The notes under the pieces were generated by a model. That model was given only the letters and a program-made list of their open reading frames with translations, searched no databases and was not told the DNA's origin. DNA of 64,000 nucleotides from Pseudomonadota bacterium (lineage in GTDB: Bacteria > Pseudomonadota > Gammaproteobacteria > Steroidobacterales > JBCBZW01): positions 1,192 to 65,191 of the forward strand of contig JBCBZW010000007.1 in assembly GCA_039815145.1 (NCBI GenBank), read 5' to 3'. Of the stretch, positions 24,860 to 33,196 are shown one piece after another (within the stretch, counting starts at the first letter, position 1; each line of letters starts with the position of its first letter). Position numbers and translations under genes: made by a program.

Positions 24860-26010
24860 CAGTCCTCATCCTCTCTAGGTGGGTCACCGGCGGTGACATC
24901 AGGTGGCAGCTCGATATCGGGTACGTCGGGCATGGGGATCTCGTAACGTCGCGCTCGGCGCAGGGCGTAGATGTAGGACAGCACCTGGGCGACGGCTTGG
25001 TAGAGGGCGCGCGGGATCTCCTCGCCGATGTCCGTGTGACGGTTGAGCGCCCGCGCCAGGGGTGGCGCTTCGAACAGCGGGACCCGATGTTCCTCGGCAA
25101 TCTCGCGAATGCGCGCGGCCACCATGTCCGTGCCCTTGGCAACCACCTTCGGTGCGCCCATGTCGTCTTCGTAGCGCAGGGCGACGGCGACGTGGGTCGG
25201 GTTGGTCACCACCACGTCCGCATGGGGCACCTCCTCCATCATCCGCCCGCGTGCCAGCTGCTGCTGCAACTGGCGAATTCGCGACTTCACTTCGGGGCGT
25301 CCGTCTGTCTCCTTCGCCTCATCGCGCACTTCCTTGAGGGTCATCTTCAGCTTGCGAGTGAAGTCCCAGAGCTGAAACGGCACGTCGATCGCGGCGATCA
25401 GGGCGAGGCTCGCGCTCAGCAGGAGTAGCGACAGGAGGCACAGCCGGATGGCGTTGCCAAGGGCCGTATTCACCGGTTGCATACTGAGGCCAACAATTTG
25501 GGGGGCGAGCTGATTCAGCAGCAGCACGGCGACACCGCCGACCAGCAGGAACTTCGCCATCGCTTTCATCAGCTCTACGAAGTTCTTCGGCGCGAAGAGA
25601 CGCTTGAAGCCCTTGATCGGGTCGAGCTTCTCGAGCTTGGGCTCGAGGGCCTTCAGGGTAAAGTTCCAGCCCCCTAGCATGATCGGGCCCACAAAGGCGG
25701 CGAAGGTGCAGAGCAGAAGAAACGGCGTGAGCGCCAGCAACCCTCGGATGATGTTGCCTTGAAGCGAGCGCATCAGATAGGTAGGGTCACCGAGCTGTGC
25801 CGCGCGGGGTGAGAATTGCTCGCGGAAGATGTCGAGGATGGTGTCCTGCAGGCCACCCCCAAAGAGCATCAAGCCCACCGCGCCCGCCATGGTGACGAGC
25901 ATGGTGGAGAGTTCCCGTGAGCGGGGGACGTTACCCTTCTCCCGTGCCTCGCGTAGGCGTTTCGGGGTTGGGTCTTCGGTTTTCTCCTGACCGTCTTCGT
26001 TCTCAGCCAT
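24859..26010 (-). CDS. flhB: Flagellar export switch protein FlhB
   Basis: 383 aa. 'EKTEDPTPKRLREAREKG' N-terminus and the autocleavage motif 'NPTH' (VVVTNPTHVAVAL). 1-nt overlap (TGATG) with flhA. Confidence 0.95.
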   Translation of the reverse strand: MAENEDGQEKTEDPTPKRLREAREKGNVPRSRELSTMLVTMAGAVGLMLFGGGLQDTILDIFREQFSPRAAQLGDPTYLMRSLQGNIIRGLLALTPFLLLCTFAAFVGPIMLGGWNFTLKALEPKLEKLDPIKGFKRLFAPKNFVELMKAMAKFLLVGGVAVLLLNQLAPQIVGLSMQPVNTALGNAIRLCLLSLLLLSASLALIAAIDVPFQLWDFTRKLKMTLKEVRDEAKETDGRPEVKSRIRQLQQQLARGRMMEEVPHADVVVTNPTHVAVALRYEDDMGAPKVVAKGTDMVAARIREIAEEHRVPLFEAPPLARALNRHTDIGEEIPRALYQAVAQVLSYIYALRRARRYEIPMPDVPDIELPPDVTAGDPPREDED

Positions 26011-26017
26011 GGTTGGT

Positions 26018-26199
26018 TAGCCTGGATTGTTCATGAGTCTTCGTCGCGAGGGCGACGAGACGCGGGAAAACACGGTGTGGCGCGCAGTGGAAGGCGCGCA
26101 GGCGTACTCGACAGTACGTTGAGCACCTGGAATGAGCACGCACCGTGTTTTCCCGTGTATCGGCGGCCGCAGCAGATGACTCATGAATAATCCAGGCTA
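26018..26199 (-). repeat. 182-bp multi-hairpin inverted-repeat element (MITE/REP-like, or a structured RNA) between fliR and flhB
   Basis: Terminal inverted repeats 26018-26039 / 26178-26199 (21/22 nt complementary). Inner perfect 15-bp pair 26063-26077 / 26141-26155. Additional local hairpins are present. Confidence 0.6.
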
Positions 26200-26979
26200 G
26201 GGTCGCAGGATCTCGGCGAGCAGCTGGAAGGACACCTCCAGCAGGTGTATCAGTGCGCCCTGCGTGGACGGCAGGCTGACCAGGATGATGGCGAAGCCCA
26301 TGACCAGGCTGATGGGGAAACCGATCGCAAACATGTTGAGCGACGGTGCCGCGCGCGAGATCACGCCGAAGGCGATGTTGACGATGAGCAGGGCGCTCAC
26401 GGCGGGCAGGGCGATCTGCAGGGCGCCGCCGAACATGGTGCTGGCGAAGGAGATCAACTCCCAGAGCAGATCCTGACCTGATTGCAGATTCTCGGGCACC
26501 ACCACGGGCATCGACTGAAAGCTCTGGGCGAGCACTTCCAGCAACATCAGGTGGCCGTTGATGGCGAGGTAGGTGAGCGTCGCCAGGATGAGGTAGAACT
26601 GGCTCAACACCGGCACGGATACGCCCCGTTCCGGATCCAGAAAGGTGGCGAAGCCGAGTCCCATGGACATGGCGGCGGTCTCGCCGGCCACCACCATGGC
26701 ATCGAACACCAGCTGCACCACGAAGCCGAGCAGCATGCCGATGAGCAGCTGCTGCCCCGTGAGCAGGAACCCCGCGGGGCTCATCAGCGGCACGTCGGGC
26801 ATCGGCGGTAGGGCGGGCCCGATCAGTGCGGTCAAGCTCACCACCAGCAGCAGCTTCACCCGCTGCGGAATGTTGCGACTGTTGAACAGCGGGGCGACGG
26901 CCACCAGCCCACCGATGCGCACGAACGGCCAGAAGTAGGCGTTCACCAACGCGAGCAGGAGGTCTTCGCTGAAGAACAT
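26197..26979 (-). CDS. fliR: Flagellar export apparatus protein FliR
   Basis: 260-aa polytopic protein beginning 'FWPFVRIGGLVAVAPLF', in the conserved fliPQR order. Confidence 0.92.
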   Translation of the reverse strand: MFFSEDLLLALVNAYFWPFVRIGGLVAVAPLFNSRNIPQRVKLLLVVSLTALIGPALPPMPDVPLMSPAGFLLTGQQLLIGMLLGFVVQLVFDAMVVAGETAAMSMGLGFATFLDPERGVSVPVLSQFYLILATLTYLAINGHLMLLEVLAQSFQSMPVVVPENLQSGQDLLWELISFASTMFGGALQIALPAVSALLIVNIAFGVISRAAPSLNMFAIGFPISLVMGFAIILVSLPSTQGALIHLLEVSFQLLAEILRP

Positions 26980-26991
26980 TCACGCGATGCC

Positions 26992-27267
26992 TTAGGTCAG
27001 CCCGAGGTAGCGCGGGATGTTCAGGAACAGGCGCTGGGTGAAGTCCACGATCACGTGCAGCATCCAGGGGCCGGCGATCAGGATGGTGATGCCGAGCACG
27101 ATCAGCTTCGGGATGAACGACAGGGTCATCTCCTGGATCTGCGTGGCGGCCTGGAACATGCCGATCAGCAGGCCCGCGGCGAGCGCCGAGAGCAGCATCG
27201 GCGCGGCCAGCATGGCAGTGGTCTGCAGCGCTCGTTGGGCGACGGCGATGACGGTTTCCGGATCCAT
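26992..27267 (-). CDS. fliQ: Flagellar export apparatus protein FliQ
   Basis: 91 aa, two TM segments. 'GLLIGMFQAATQIQEMTLSFIPK' is the conserved FliQ core. Confidence 0.92.
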   Translation of the reverse strand: MDPETVIAVAQRALQTTAMLAAPMLLSALAAGLLIGMFQAATQIQEMTLSFIPKLIVLGITILIAGPWMLHVIVDFTQRLFLNIPRYLGLT

Positions 27268-27270
27268 TCG

Positions 27271-28035
27271 CTACACCACGAAACTGATGGCGAGGGTTTC
27301 GACCAGCAGGGTCCACCCATCGACCAGCACGAACAGCATGATCTTGAAGGGCAGGGAGATGAGCATCGGGGAGAGCATCATCATGCCCATGGACATGAGC
27401 ACGCTGGAGACCACCAGGTCGATCACCAGGAAGGGGATGAACACCAGGAAGCCGATCTGAAAGGCGGTCTTGAGCTCGCTGGTCACGAAGGCGGGCACCA
27501 GCATGCGAAGCGGTACGTCCTGCGGCGTAGCGAACTGGCTGACGCCGCCGATGCGAGCGAAGGTGGCGAGATCGGTCTCGCGGGTCTGGCTCAACATGAA
27601 GTCGCGCAGGGGCGCGAGGGCGGCGGGCAGGGCCTGCTGGATCGGCATGCTGCCGTCGAGGTAAGGGCCTACACCTGTGCGCCAGGCCGTGTCTGCCACC
27701 GGGGCCATGATGAACAGGGTCAGGAACAGGGCGAGGCCGAGCAACACCTGGTTGGGCGGCGACTGGGCCGTGCCGAGGGCCTGGCGCAGGATGGCGAGGA
27801 CGATGATGATGCGGGTGAAGGACGTCATGCTGAGCACTACTGCGGGCAGCAGTGTCAGCAGGGTCATCAGCACCAGCACCTGGATGGTGAGCGAGTAGGT
27901 CTGCTCGCCATCGGCGCCGCCCACGGTAAGGGCTGGCAGGCCTGGGGCCTCCTGGGCTCCCACGGCGCTTGCCAGGAGCGTCAGGGCAAGGCCGAGCAAG
28001 GCTGCAAGTTGCTGTCGTCGTGGTGTCGATAGCAT
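27271..28035 (-). CDS. fliP: Flagellar export apparatus protein FliP
   Basis: 254 aa. 'MTSFTRIIIVLAILRQALG', 'FVTSELKTAFQIGFLVFIPFLVIDLVVSSVLMSMGMMM'. Confidence 0.95.
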   Translation of the reverse strand: MLSTPRRQQLAALLGLALTLLASAVGAQEAPGLPALTVGGADGEQTYSLTIQVLVLMTLLTLLPAVVLSMTSFTRIIIVLAILRQALGTAQSPPNQVLLGLALFLTLFIMAPVADTAWRTGVGPYLDGSMPIQQALPAALAPLRDFMLSQTRETDLATFARIGGVSQFATPQDVPLRMLVPAFVTSELKTAFQIGFLVFIPFLVIDLVVSSVLMSMGMMMLSPMLISLPFKIMLFVLVDGWTLLVETLAISFVV

Positions 28036-28044
28036 CGAGAAGGC

Positions 28045-28536
28045 TTACCTTTTCAATAGGCTGGCGAAGGGGCTTGCGGCGGCGGGTGCCACCGGCTCAG
28101 CGCTCGCGGGTGTCGCGTCGTCGCTTGCGGCTACCGCCGGGTCCAGTACGTGCAGGGTCTGCACGCGGCCCGGCGCTAGCCCGAGTACGAGTTGGGTGGA
28201 CCCCACCTGGACCAGCGCCACGCGCTCGCGGGCGCCCACGGGAAGCACGTCTAAGACCTGCAGCGCCCGACCGCCTCGCCTGGGTTGCAGGCGATGCAGC
28301 CGCCGCGACAACCACCCGAGGGCCACGATCACCAGCAGCACCAGGGCGAGGCTCGCCAGCAGCTGGGCCGAGCTGCCCGGGGTGAGGAGGTCATCGCCTG
28401 CCAGGGCGGGGACGGGCGTCGAGGATTCGGCGCCGGTATTCGCAAAGAGTGGCGTGGTGGCCGAGTCTCCCGGTGCTGCCGGCGGCTCGCTGGCAGGTGC
28501 CTGCTCGGTGCCTTGGCTGTCGCTTCCCTGCGCCAT
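28045..28536 (-). CDS. fliO: Flagellar protein FliO
   Basis: Single TM 'LLASLALVLLVIVALGWLSRRL', then 'LQVLDVLPVGARERVALVQVGSTQLVLG'. Sits in the fliN-fliO-fliP position. Confidence 0.75.
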   Translation of the reverse strand: MAQGSDSQGTEQAPASEPPAAPGDSATTPLFANTGAESSTPVPALAGDDLLTPGSSAQLLASLALVLLVIVALGWLSRRLHRLQPRRGGRALQVLDVLPVGARERVALVQVGSTQLVLGLAPGRVQTLHVLDPAVAASDDATPASAEPVAPAAASPFASLLKR

Positions 28537-28538
28537 GG

Positions 28539-29003
28539 TCAGGTCAGGCGACGGATGCGTTCACCCGCACTCACCACGTCGGTGAGACGGATGCCGAAGC
28601 GCTCGTTCACCATCACCGGCTCGCCCTGGGCCACCAGCGTGTCGTTGACCAACAGGGACATCGGCTGCGTTACCAGTTGATCGAGCTCGACCACCGAGCC
28701 GCGATTGAGCTTCAGCAGCTCGCGCAAACTCAAGCGCGTGCGGCCGACTTCCACGGTCAGGGTCACGGGCACGTCGAGGATCATCTCGAGCTTGAGATCC
28801 CCAGGGCCGTTGCGATCGCCCTGGTCGCGAAGCTCCTCGAAGGAAGCCGGTTCGCCTGCGAACGCCTCCTCCTCCTCGTCCTCCAGGACTTCGTCGGCGG
28901 TGCGCGCCTCCTCTTCTTCGGCACCCGCGGTTGCCTCATCCTCGGCGCGTGCGTCGTCCTCGTCGTCCTCTGGCAGATCTTCGGGGGCTGTCGATTCGTT
29001 CAT
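28539..29003 (-). CDS. fliN: Flagellar motor switch protein FliN
   Basis: C-terminal SpoA domain 'ILDVPVTLTVEVGRTRLSLRELLKLNRGSVVELD...LVNDTLVAQGEPV'. Very acidic N-terminal tail. Confidence 0.92.
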   Translation of the reverse strand: MNESTAPEDLPEDDEDDARAEDEATAGAEEEEARTADEVLEDEEEEAFAGEPASFEELRDQGDRNGPGDLKLEMILDVPVTLTVEVGRTRLSLRELLKLNRGSVVELDQLVTQPMSLLVNDTLVAQGEPVMVNERFGIRLTDVVSAGERIRRLT

Positions 29004-30001
29004 CGCTCCAACGCTCTCCTGGTGGTCTTCGGTAAGGCCGTGCGGTCGGCGACGGCGGAGAGCATCATTGCCTTACGCTCTCGTGAGGTGCCGATACGGC
29101 CGATGAACAGCGGTTGTTCGCCGGAGACGGCGGTGACGGTCTGATCGAATTCGACCTCCATCACGTCGCCGCTCTGCATGTCGATCATGTCGCGGAAGCT
29201 CGCCGGCACCTCGGCCAGGGACACCTGCACATCCAACTCCACGTCGAGCAGGGTTTCGCGGAGGGCTTCGCGCCACTCTTCAACGTGGTCGTCGGGACGG
29301 TACTCGGTGCCCGTGAGCCGCGCCTCGATGGGCTGCATCGTGGCGTGGGGAATGACGATGTTGATGGTGGCCTTCTGACTGGCGAATTCGACCTCGAAGC
29401 GCGAGGCGAGGAGCATCGTCGAGGAGGGCATCATCTCGAGGTAGCGAGCGTCGAACTCGAGGCTCTCCACGCTGACCTCGATGGGTTCCACTTCCTCCCA
29501 CGTCTTACTCAGGTCGGAGAGGATCAGCTCCTGACAGGTTTGCAGCAGCAGTCGCTCACTGCGCGTGAAGGCACGTTGCTGGGAGAGCACAGGTGGGCGA
29601 CAGGGGCCACCGAAGCGCGAGTCGACACCCAGGTAGAGGAAGGCCGTGTCCATCACCATCAGGGCCTTGCCCGGGAGGGGGGAAAGATCGAGCACGTGGA
29701 TCGCGCTCGGCACGCTCAGGCCTGAGGTGTAGTCGAGGTAGGACTCGCGGTAGAGCCCCGCGAAGCGCACCGCACCGAGGGCGGGGAACACGGACTTCAG
29801 CGACTCGGACAGGCGGGTCGCCAGGCGCTCGTTGATGCGCTCGAGCACCGGCCACTGGCCGGTCACGAGGTGGTCGTAGGCGGCGTAGTCGATGGGCACC
29901 ACCTGGCCGCGCGGACGCATACCCGTGTCGGTGGAGACGGAGCCGTCTTCGATACCCTCGAGCAGCGCTTCGGTCTCCTGCTCGGTGAGCAAGTCATTCA
30001 T
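29000..30001 (-). CDS. fliM: Flagellar motor switch protein FliM
   Basis: N-terminal CheY-P docking motif 'DLLTEQETEALL'. 333 aa. ATGA overlap with fliN. Confidence 0.92.
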   Translation of the reverse strand: MNDLLTEQETEALLEGIEDGSVSTDTGMRPRGQVVPIDYAAYDHLVTGQWPVLERINERLATRLSESLKSVFPALGAVRFAGLYRESYLDYTSGLSVPSAIHVLDLSPLPGKALMVMDTAFLYLGVDSRFGGPCRPPVLSQQRAFTRSERLLLQTCQELILSDLSKTWEEVEPIEVSVESLEFDARYLEMMPSSTMLLASRFEVEFASQKATINIVIPHATMQPIEARLTGTEYRPDDHVEEWREALRETLLDVELDVQVSLAEVPASFRDMIDMQSGDVMEVEFDQTVTAVSGEQPLFIGRIGTSRERKAMMLSAVADRTALPKTTRRALER

Positions 30002-30013
30002 GCGTCGACGGCC

Positions 30014-30511
30014 CTACTGCGCGACGAAGGAAGTGAAGTAGGCCTCTTCCACGGTCATACCGTCGACGTAGGGCTCCAGCACCGCTTGCACCTCCTCGAG
30101 CACCTTCATGCGCAGCATCTCCTTGGCGTCACGGGTGTTGACGTCGTCGCCGGCGTGGGTGGAGAACATCAGCAGCAGGTTGTTGCGGATCGCGGCCTTG
30201 TGCGTCTGCAAGGCGTCGATGACCTTCTGATCGCGGGCCATCAGTTCGATCGAGACCTGGAGAAAGTCGGCGTCGGCCCCCTCCAGGTTAGCGATAAGGG
30301 GCGGGTTCAGCGCGTGGTAGAGCGGTGGCGCGTCTACCACCTGCGCGGCGGCCCCATCGTCCGAAGGCATGCTGACCTTCGGCGGGAACACGATGGTGGT
30401 CACGATGTTGCTGACCGTGACGAGGGCGAAGATGCCCACCCCGGCGATCAACATGTCCATCATCTTGTTAGGGGGTTTCGGGGTATCTTCAGCGGCTTCT
30501 TCGTTTGCCAT
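30014..30511 (-). CDS. fliL: Flagellar basal-body-associated protein FliL
   Basis: ORF 30014..30523 (TTG). ATG 30511 with AGGA SD. Single TM 'MLIAGVGIFALVTVSNIV', then the FliL-type periplasmic domain. Confidence 0.85.
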   Translation of the reverse strand: MANEEAAEDTPKPPNKMMDMLIAGVGIFALVTVSNIVTTIVFPPKVSMPSDDGAAAQVVDAPPLYHALNPPLIANLEGADADFLQVSIELMARDQKVIDALQTHKAAIRNNLLLMFSTHAGDDVNTRDAKEMLRMKVLEEVQAVLEPYVDGMTVEEAYFTSFVAQ

Positions 30512-30553
30512 GGGTCCTGCCAAGGTTTGAGTGAATGCTCCGCTGCTGACACA

Positions 30554-30568
30554 GCAACATCCGTGCCA
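30554..30568 (-). promoter_or_regulatory. Sigma54 (-24/-12) promoter of the fliL operon
   Basis: The minus strand reads TGGCACGGATGTTGC (TGGCAC-N5-TTGC); the -12 element lies ~40 nt upstream of the fliL ATG. Confidence 0.6.
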
Positions 30569-30705
30569 CGCAGGTAATGCACGGCTTTTGGCAGGATTTC
30601 GGCGCTTGCGCCGTCAGGTGGTGGCGGCGCACTGGCGCATCGGTGTGACGCAGTTCACGCGGTGCCGGAAACCCGGCGCCTCGGGTGGCGTCGTCGTCAG
30701 GAAGC

Positions 30706-31092
30706 TCAGTCGCGGGGGGAGCTCAGGCGCAGCCGGATGGGGCCGCGGAAGCGGCCGGGGTCGACCACGCGCCCGCCTTGGAGAATCTCGAGTTCACCGC
30801 GTTGAGCGAGGCGCCTGGCCGCCTGGCGAACGGGCTCCATGTGCGCGCGCCAGGCGTCTTCGGCGTAGCGTTGGCGGGCCACCTCGCTCGGGCAGCAGCT
30901 CGCGCCCGCGCGGCGATTGCCCAGCAGCTCGAGGATGGCTTCCTCGAGCGACTCGGTCTCCCCGCCCGTGCCGCGGCCGCGACACGCCGCCGAGCAGTAG
31001 CGCACCTGCTCCCAGTCTCGCGCCCACTTACGCCGCCAGGAGAAGGGGCGACCGCAGGCGACGCAGATCTTGTCCGGCGGTGGCGCGGGCAT
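30706..31092 (-). CDS. DUF2256 zinc-ribbon + DUF3253 fusion protein (hypothetical)
   Basis: 'KICVACGRPFSWRRKWARDWEQVRYCSAACR' (C4 ribbon, recalled as DUF2256), followed by 'CCPSEVAR...WRAHMEPVRQAARRLAQRGELEILQGGRVVDP..FRGPIRLR' (recalled as DUF3253). Confidence 0.7.
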   Translation of the reverse strand: MPAPPPDKICVACGRPFSWRRKWARDWEQVRYCSAACRGRGTGGETESLEEAILELLGNRRAGASCCPSEVARQRYAEDAWRAHMEPVRQAARRLAQRGELEILQGGRVVDPGRFRGPIRLRLSSPRD

Positions 31093-31110
31093 AGGCGACG
31101 GACGGCTAGC

Positions 31111-31863
31111 TCAGGCGCTCGTCGACGAGGTGGGATGAGCGACCAGCATGTAGTTGATGATCAGCGAGTCGGTGAGGCTGAACTTGCGCGTGAGCGGGTT
31201 GACCCGCACGCCCTTGCGCTCGGTGACGGTGTAGCCGCTGTCCGTGAGCATGCCTTCGAGTTCGCGGGGCGTGGGGAACTTGCGCCAATCGTGGGTGCCA
31301 CGCGGTAGCCATCGCAGCACGTATTCGGCGCCCACGATGGCGCTGAGGAAGGAGATGGGATTGCGATTGATCGTTGATACGAACATCAGTCCATCGTCGC
31401 GGACGAGAGCGCAGCAGTGGGACATGAAGGCCGGCAGGTCGACCACGTGCTCGACCACCTCCATGTTCAGCACCACATCGTAGGGGGCCGCTGCGCGGGC
31501 CGTGAGCGCTTCCACCGAGCCGTGTTCGTAGCGCAGGTTGGCGGCGAGTTCGGGCGGTCGGTGACGCTCGGCGATTCGCACGTTGCGCTCCACCACGTCC
31601 ACCCCGTGGACCTCGGCGCCGAGGCGCGCCATGGCCTCGCTCAGCAGGCCGCCGCCACACCCGATGTCCAGCATGCGCACGCCCTTCAGCGGCGCTGCGC
31701 CCTCGGCGCGACCGCCCCGGTGTGCGCTCACCACGTCGCGGATGTAGTCCGTGCGCACGGTATTCAACTTATGCAGGGGCCAGAAGGGGCCGGTGGGGTC
31801 CCACCAGGTGTCGGCCAGCTGCTCGAACTTGGCCATCTCCCGCGGATCAGCGCTCGCTACCAT
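31111..31863 (-). CDS. ubiG: Ubiquinone biosynthesis O-methyltransferase
   Basis: 'FEQLADTWWDPTGPFWPLHKLNTVRTDYI', SAM motif 'VRMLDIGCGGGLLSEAMARLGAEVHGVD', 'VVLNMEVVEHV', 'GTHDWRKF'. Confidence 0.9.
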   Translation of the reverse strand: MVASADPREMAKFEQLADTWWDPTGPFWPLHKLNTVRTDYIRDVVSAHRGGRAEGAAPLKGVRMLDIGCGGGLLSEAMARLGAEVHGVDVVERNVRIAERHRPPELAANLRYEHGSVEALTARAAAPYDVVLNMEVVEHVVDLPAFMSHCCALVRDDGLMFVSTINRNPISFLSAIVGAEYVLRWLPRGTHDWRKFPTPRELEGMLTDSGYTVTERKGVRVNPLTRKFSLTDSLIINYMLVAHPTSSTSA

Positions 31864-31925
31864 CGCTCAGGTCTCCCGTTCGCGGCGAGGCAGACACAGC
31901 AGGGCTGCCGGCGCGCCGTCTGGCG

Positions 31926-31966
31926 GATAAAAAGAAGGCGCCGCGGCGTGGTCGCCGGGGCGCCTT
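31926..31966 (-). terminator. Rho-independent terminator (minus strand)
   Basis: Stem AAGGCGCC-G-CGGCG / CGCCG-GG-GGCGCCTT (31935-31966). On the minus strand it is followed by CTTTTTAT. Confidence 0.55.
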
Positions 31967-32143
31967 TAATGCTGTTACCGCCATAAAAAGCTATAACGCT
32001 AAGGAGTCACGACCTCGGCACAAGACCGGAAGTCGGAAAGGACGATACCTCGACAATAGCTAGACATCAACCAAAAAGTTTGCCGCTATCTGCGACAAAA
32101 CATGAACAGGCCTTAAGCGGTTTAGCTTCGCCAGTGCCGTCGC

Positions 32144-33088
32144 TCAGGGTTGTCCCAGTGCGAGCGAAACGGCGATCGCCGACCCGATGAGCAGACTGGA
32201 GACGAGGGCCGTCAACCGCAGGCGCAGGCCGAGGTAGTGCCCCGGCAGGCGTGCGCTGGCGCGCTCGAACGCGTGCCAGAGCAGAAAGCTCACGCCCAGC
32301 AGGGCCAGGCTGGCGGTGGCGCCGGTCTGCGCGTGGAGCATCAGCGCCGCCCAGCCGATCAGCGAGGGGATTACGCTCGCCACCAAACCGCGCGGCGCCG
32401 CCGGGTCGCGGCCGAGGGAATAGCCCCAATGGACGGCCCCCACGAAGCTGAAGATCACCGCCGCGTAAGCCACCAGGGCCAATCGGGCGAGTTCTTGTTG
32501 CGGGCCGAAGAAGCTGCCTCCGGCGCAGGCGAAGAAGGGGATCAAACCGGCATATCCGAGCAGGTCAGTGCGCCGCCGCAGGGCGCTGTCGGAAGCATCG
32601 ATGGCCGTCCCAGCGGGGGCTTGCGCAGGCGTCGCCAGCGCTTGGTCGAGGCTGCCCGCGGGGGCGGGCGTCGTCGGCGGCTCGTCGCCGTCTGCCGATG
32701 AGGTGTCGGGTGGGTTCGGTTCGGGCACCTCGGGGGTGGGGTCCGGCGATGCCGGTTCCTGCGTATTGTCATCGTCCACCGTCGCGGGCGTGCTGTCCTC
32801 CGGCGGCTCGGGTGCGTGGTCGCGCCGGTCCGCGATGTAGCGGGCCAGTTCCGGTTCGCCGCCGATGCAACGCTCGTCGATGAAGATCAGTGGCAGGGTG
32901 CCGTGTCCGCTGGACTGCTTCAGCTCCCGGTAGCGCTTGCGCTCCTCTTGGCTGGCCATCCCCACCACCTCCACCTCGAACGGCAGCTCGGCGCGGCGCA
33001 GGCGGGCCTCGACGGTTCGAATATCGGTGATGGCAGAGCGGTAGACCACCACCTTGGGAAGGGTGGGGAGGGGAGACGCTTCAGTCAT
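32144..33088 (-). CDS. Glutaredoxin-like (no CxxC) domain fused to a DUF3429 membrane domain
   Basis: ATG 33088. 'KVVVYRSAITDIRT...GTLPLIFIDERCIGGEPEL' is a Grx fold with the active-site Cys pair absent. A Pro/Glu/Asp/Thr linker follows, then 'LGYAGLIPFF...FSFVGAVHWG' (recalled as DUF3429). Confidence 0.7.
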   Translation of the reverse strand: MTEASPLPTLPKVVVYRSAITDIRTVEARLRRAELPFEVEVVGMASQEERKRYRELKQSSGHGTLPLIFIDERCIGGEPELARYIADRRDHAPEPPEDSTPATVDDDNTQEPASPDPTPEVPEPNPPDTSSADGDEPPTTPAPAGSLDQALATPAQAPAGTAIDASDSALRRRTDLLGYAGLIPFFACAGGSFFGPQQELARLALVAYAAVIFSFVGAVHWGYSLGRDPAAPRGLVASVIPSLIGWAALMLHAQTGATASLALLGVSFLLWHAFERASARLPGHYLGLRLRLTALVSSLLIGSAIAVSLALGQP

Positions 33089-33196
33089 AAAAACATGCTG
33101 CAAAACAGCGAAAACGCAGGACATCCAATGCCCTTGAAGCGTACGAGGCTATGTCGATAATGTCCACGTTCTAAGTTAGACGTTTGCGAGAAAGTT

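Noticed and set aside
26003-27316. 437-aa minus-strand ORF spanning the IR element, fliR and fliQ
   Set aside because: Out of frame with the clearly recognisable FliR and FliQ proteins, and Arg/Pro/Ala-rich. An artefact of GC bias.
27055-28032. 325-aa plus-strand His/Glu/Gly/Gln-rich ORF
   Set aside because: Antisense to fliP/fliQ. Its composition is the mirror of hydrophobic membrane-protein codons.
30589-30609. Plus-strand TGGCAGGATTTCGGCGCTTGC resembling a sigma54 promoter
   Set aside because: The spacing between the GG and GC elements is too long, and it points into the 3' end of a convergent gene.
32067-32429. 120-aa minus-strand ORF overlapping the 3' end of the Grx/DUF3429 gene and the AT-rich region
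   Set aside because: Out of frame with the DUF3429 domain and Arg/Pro/Gly-rich, with no SD. Considered spurious.
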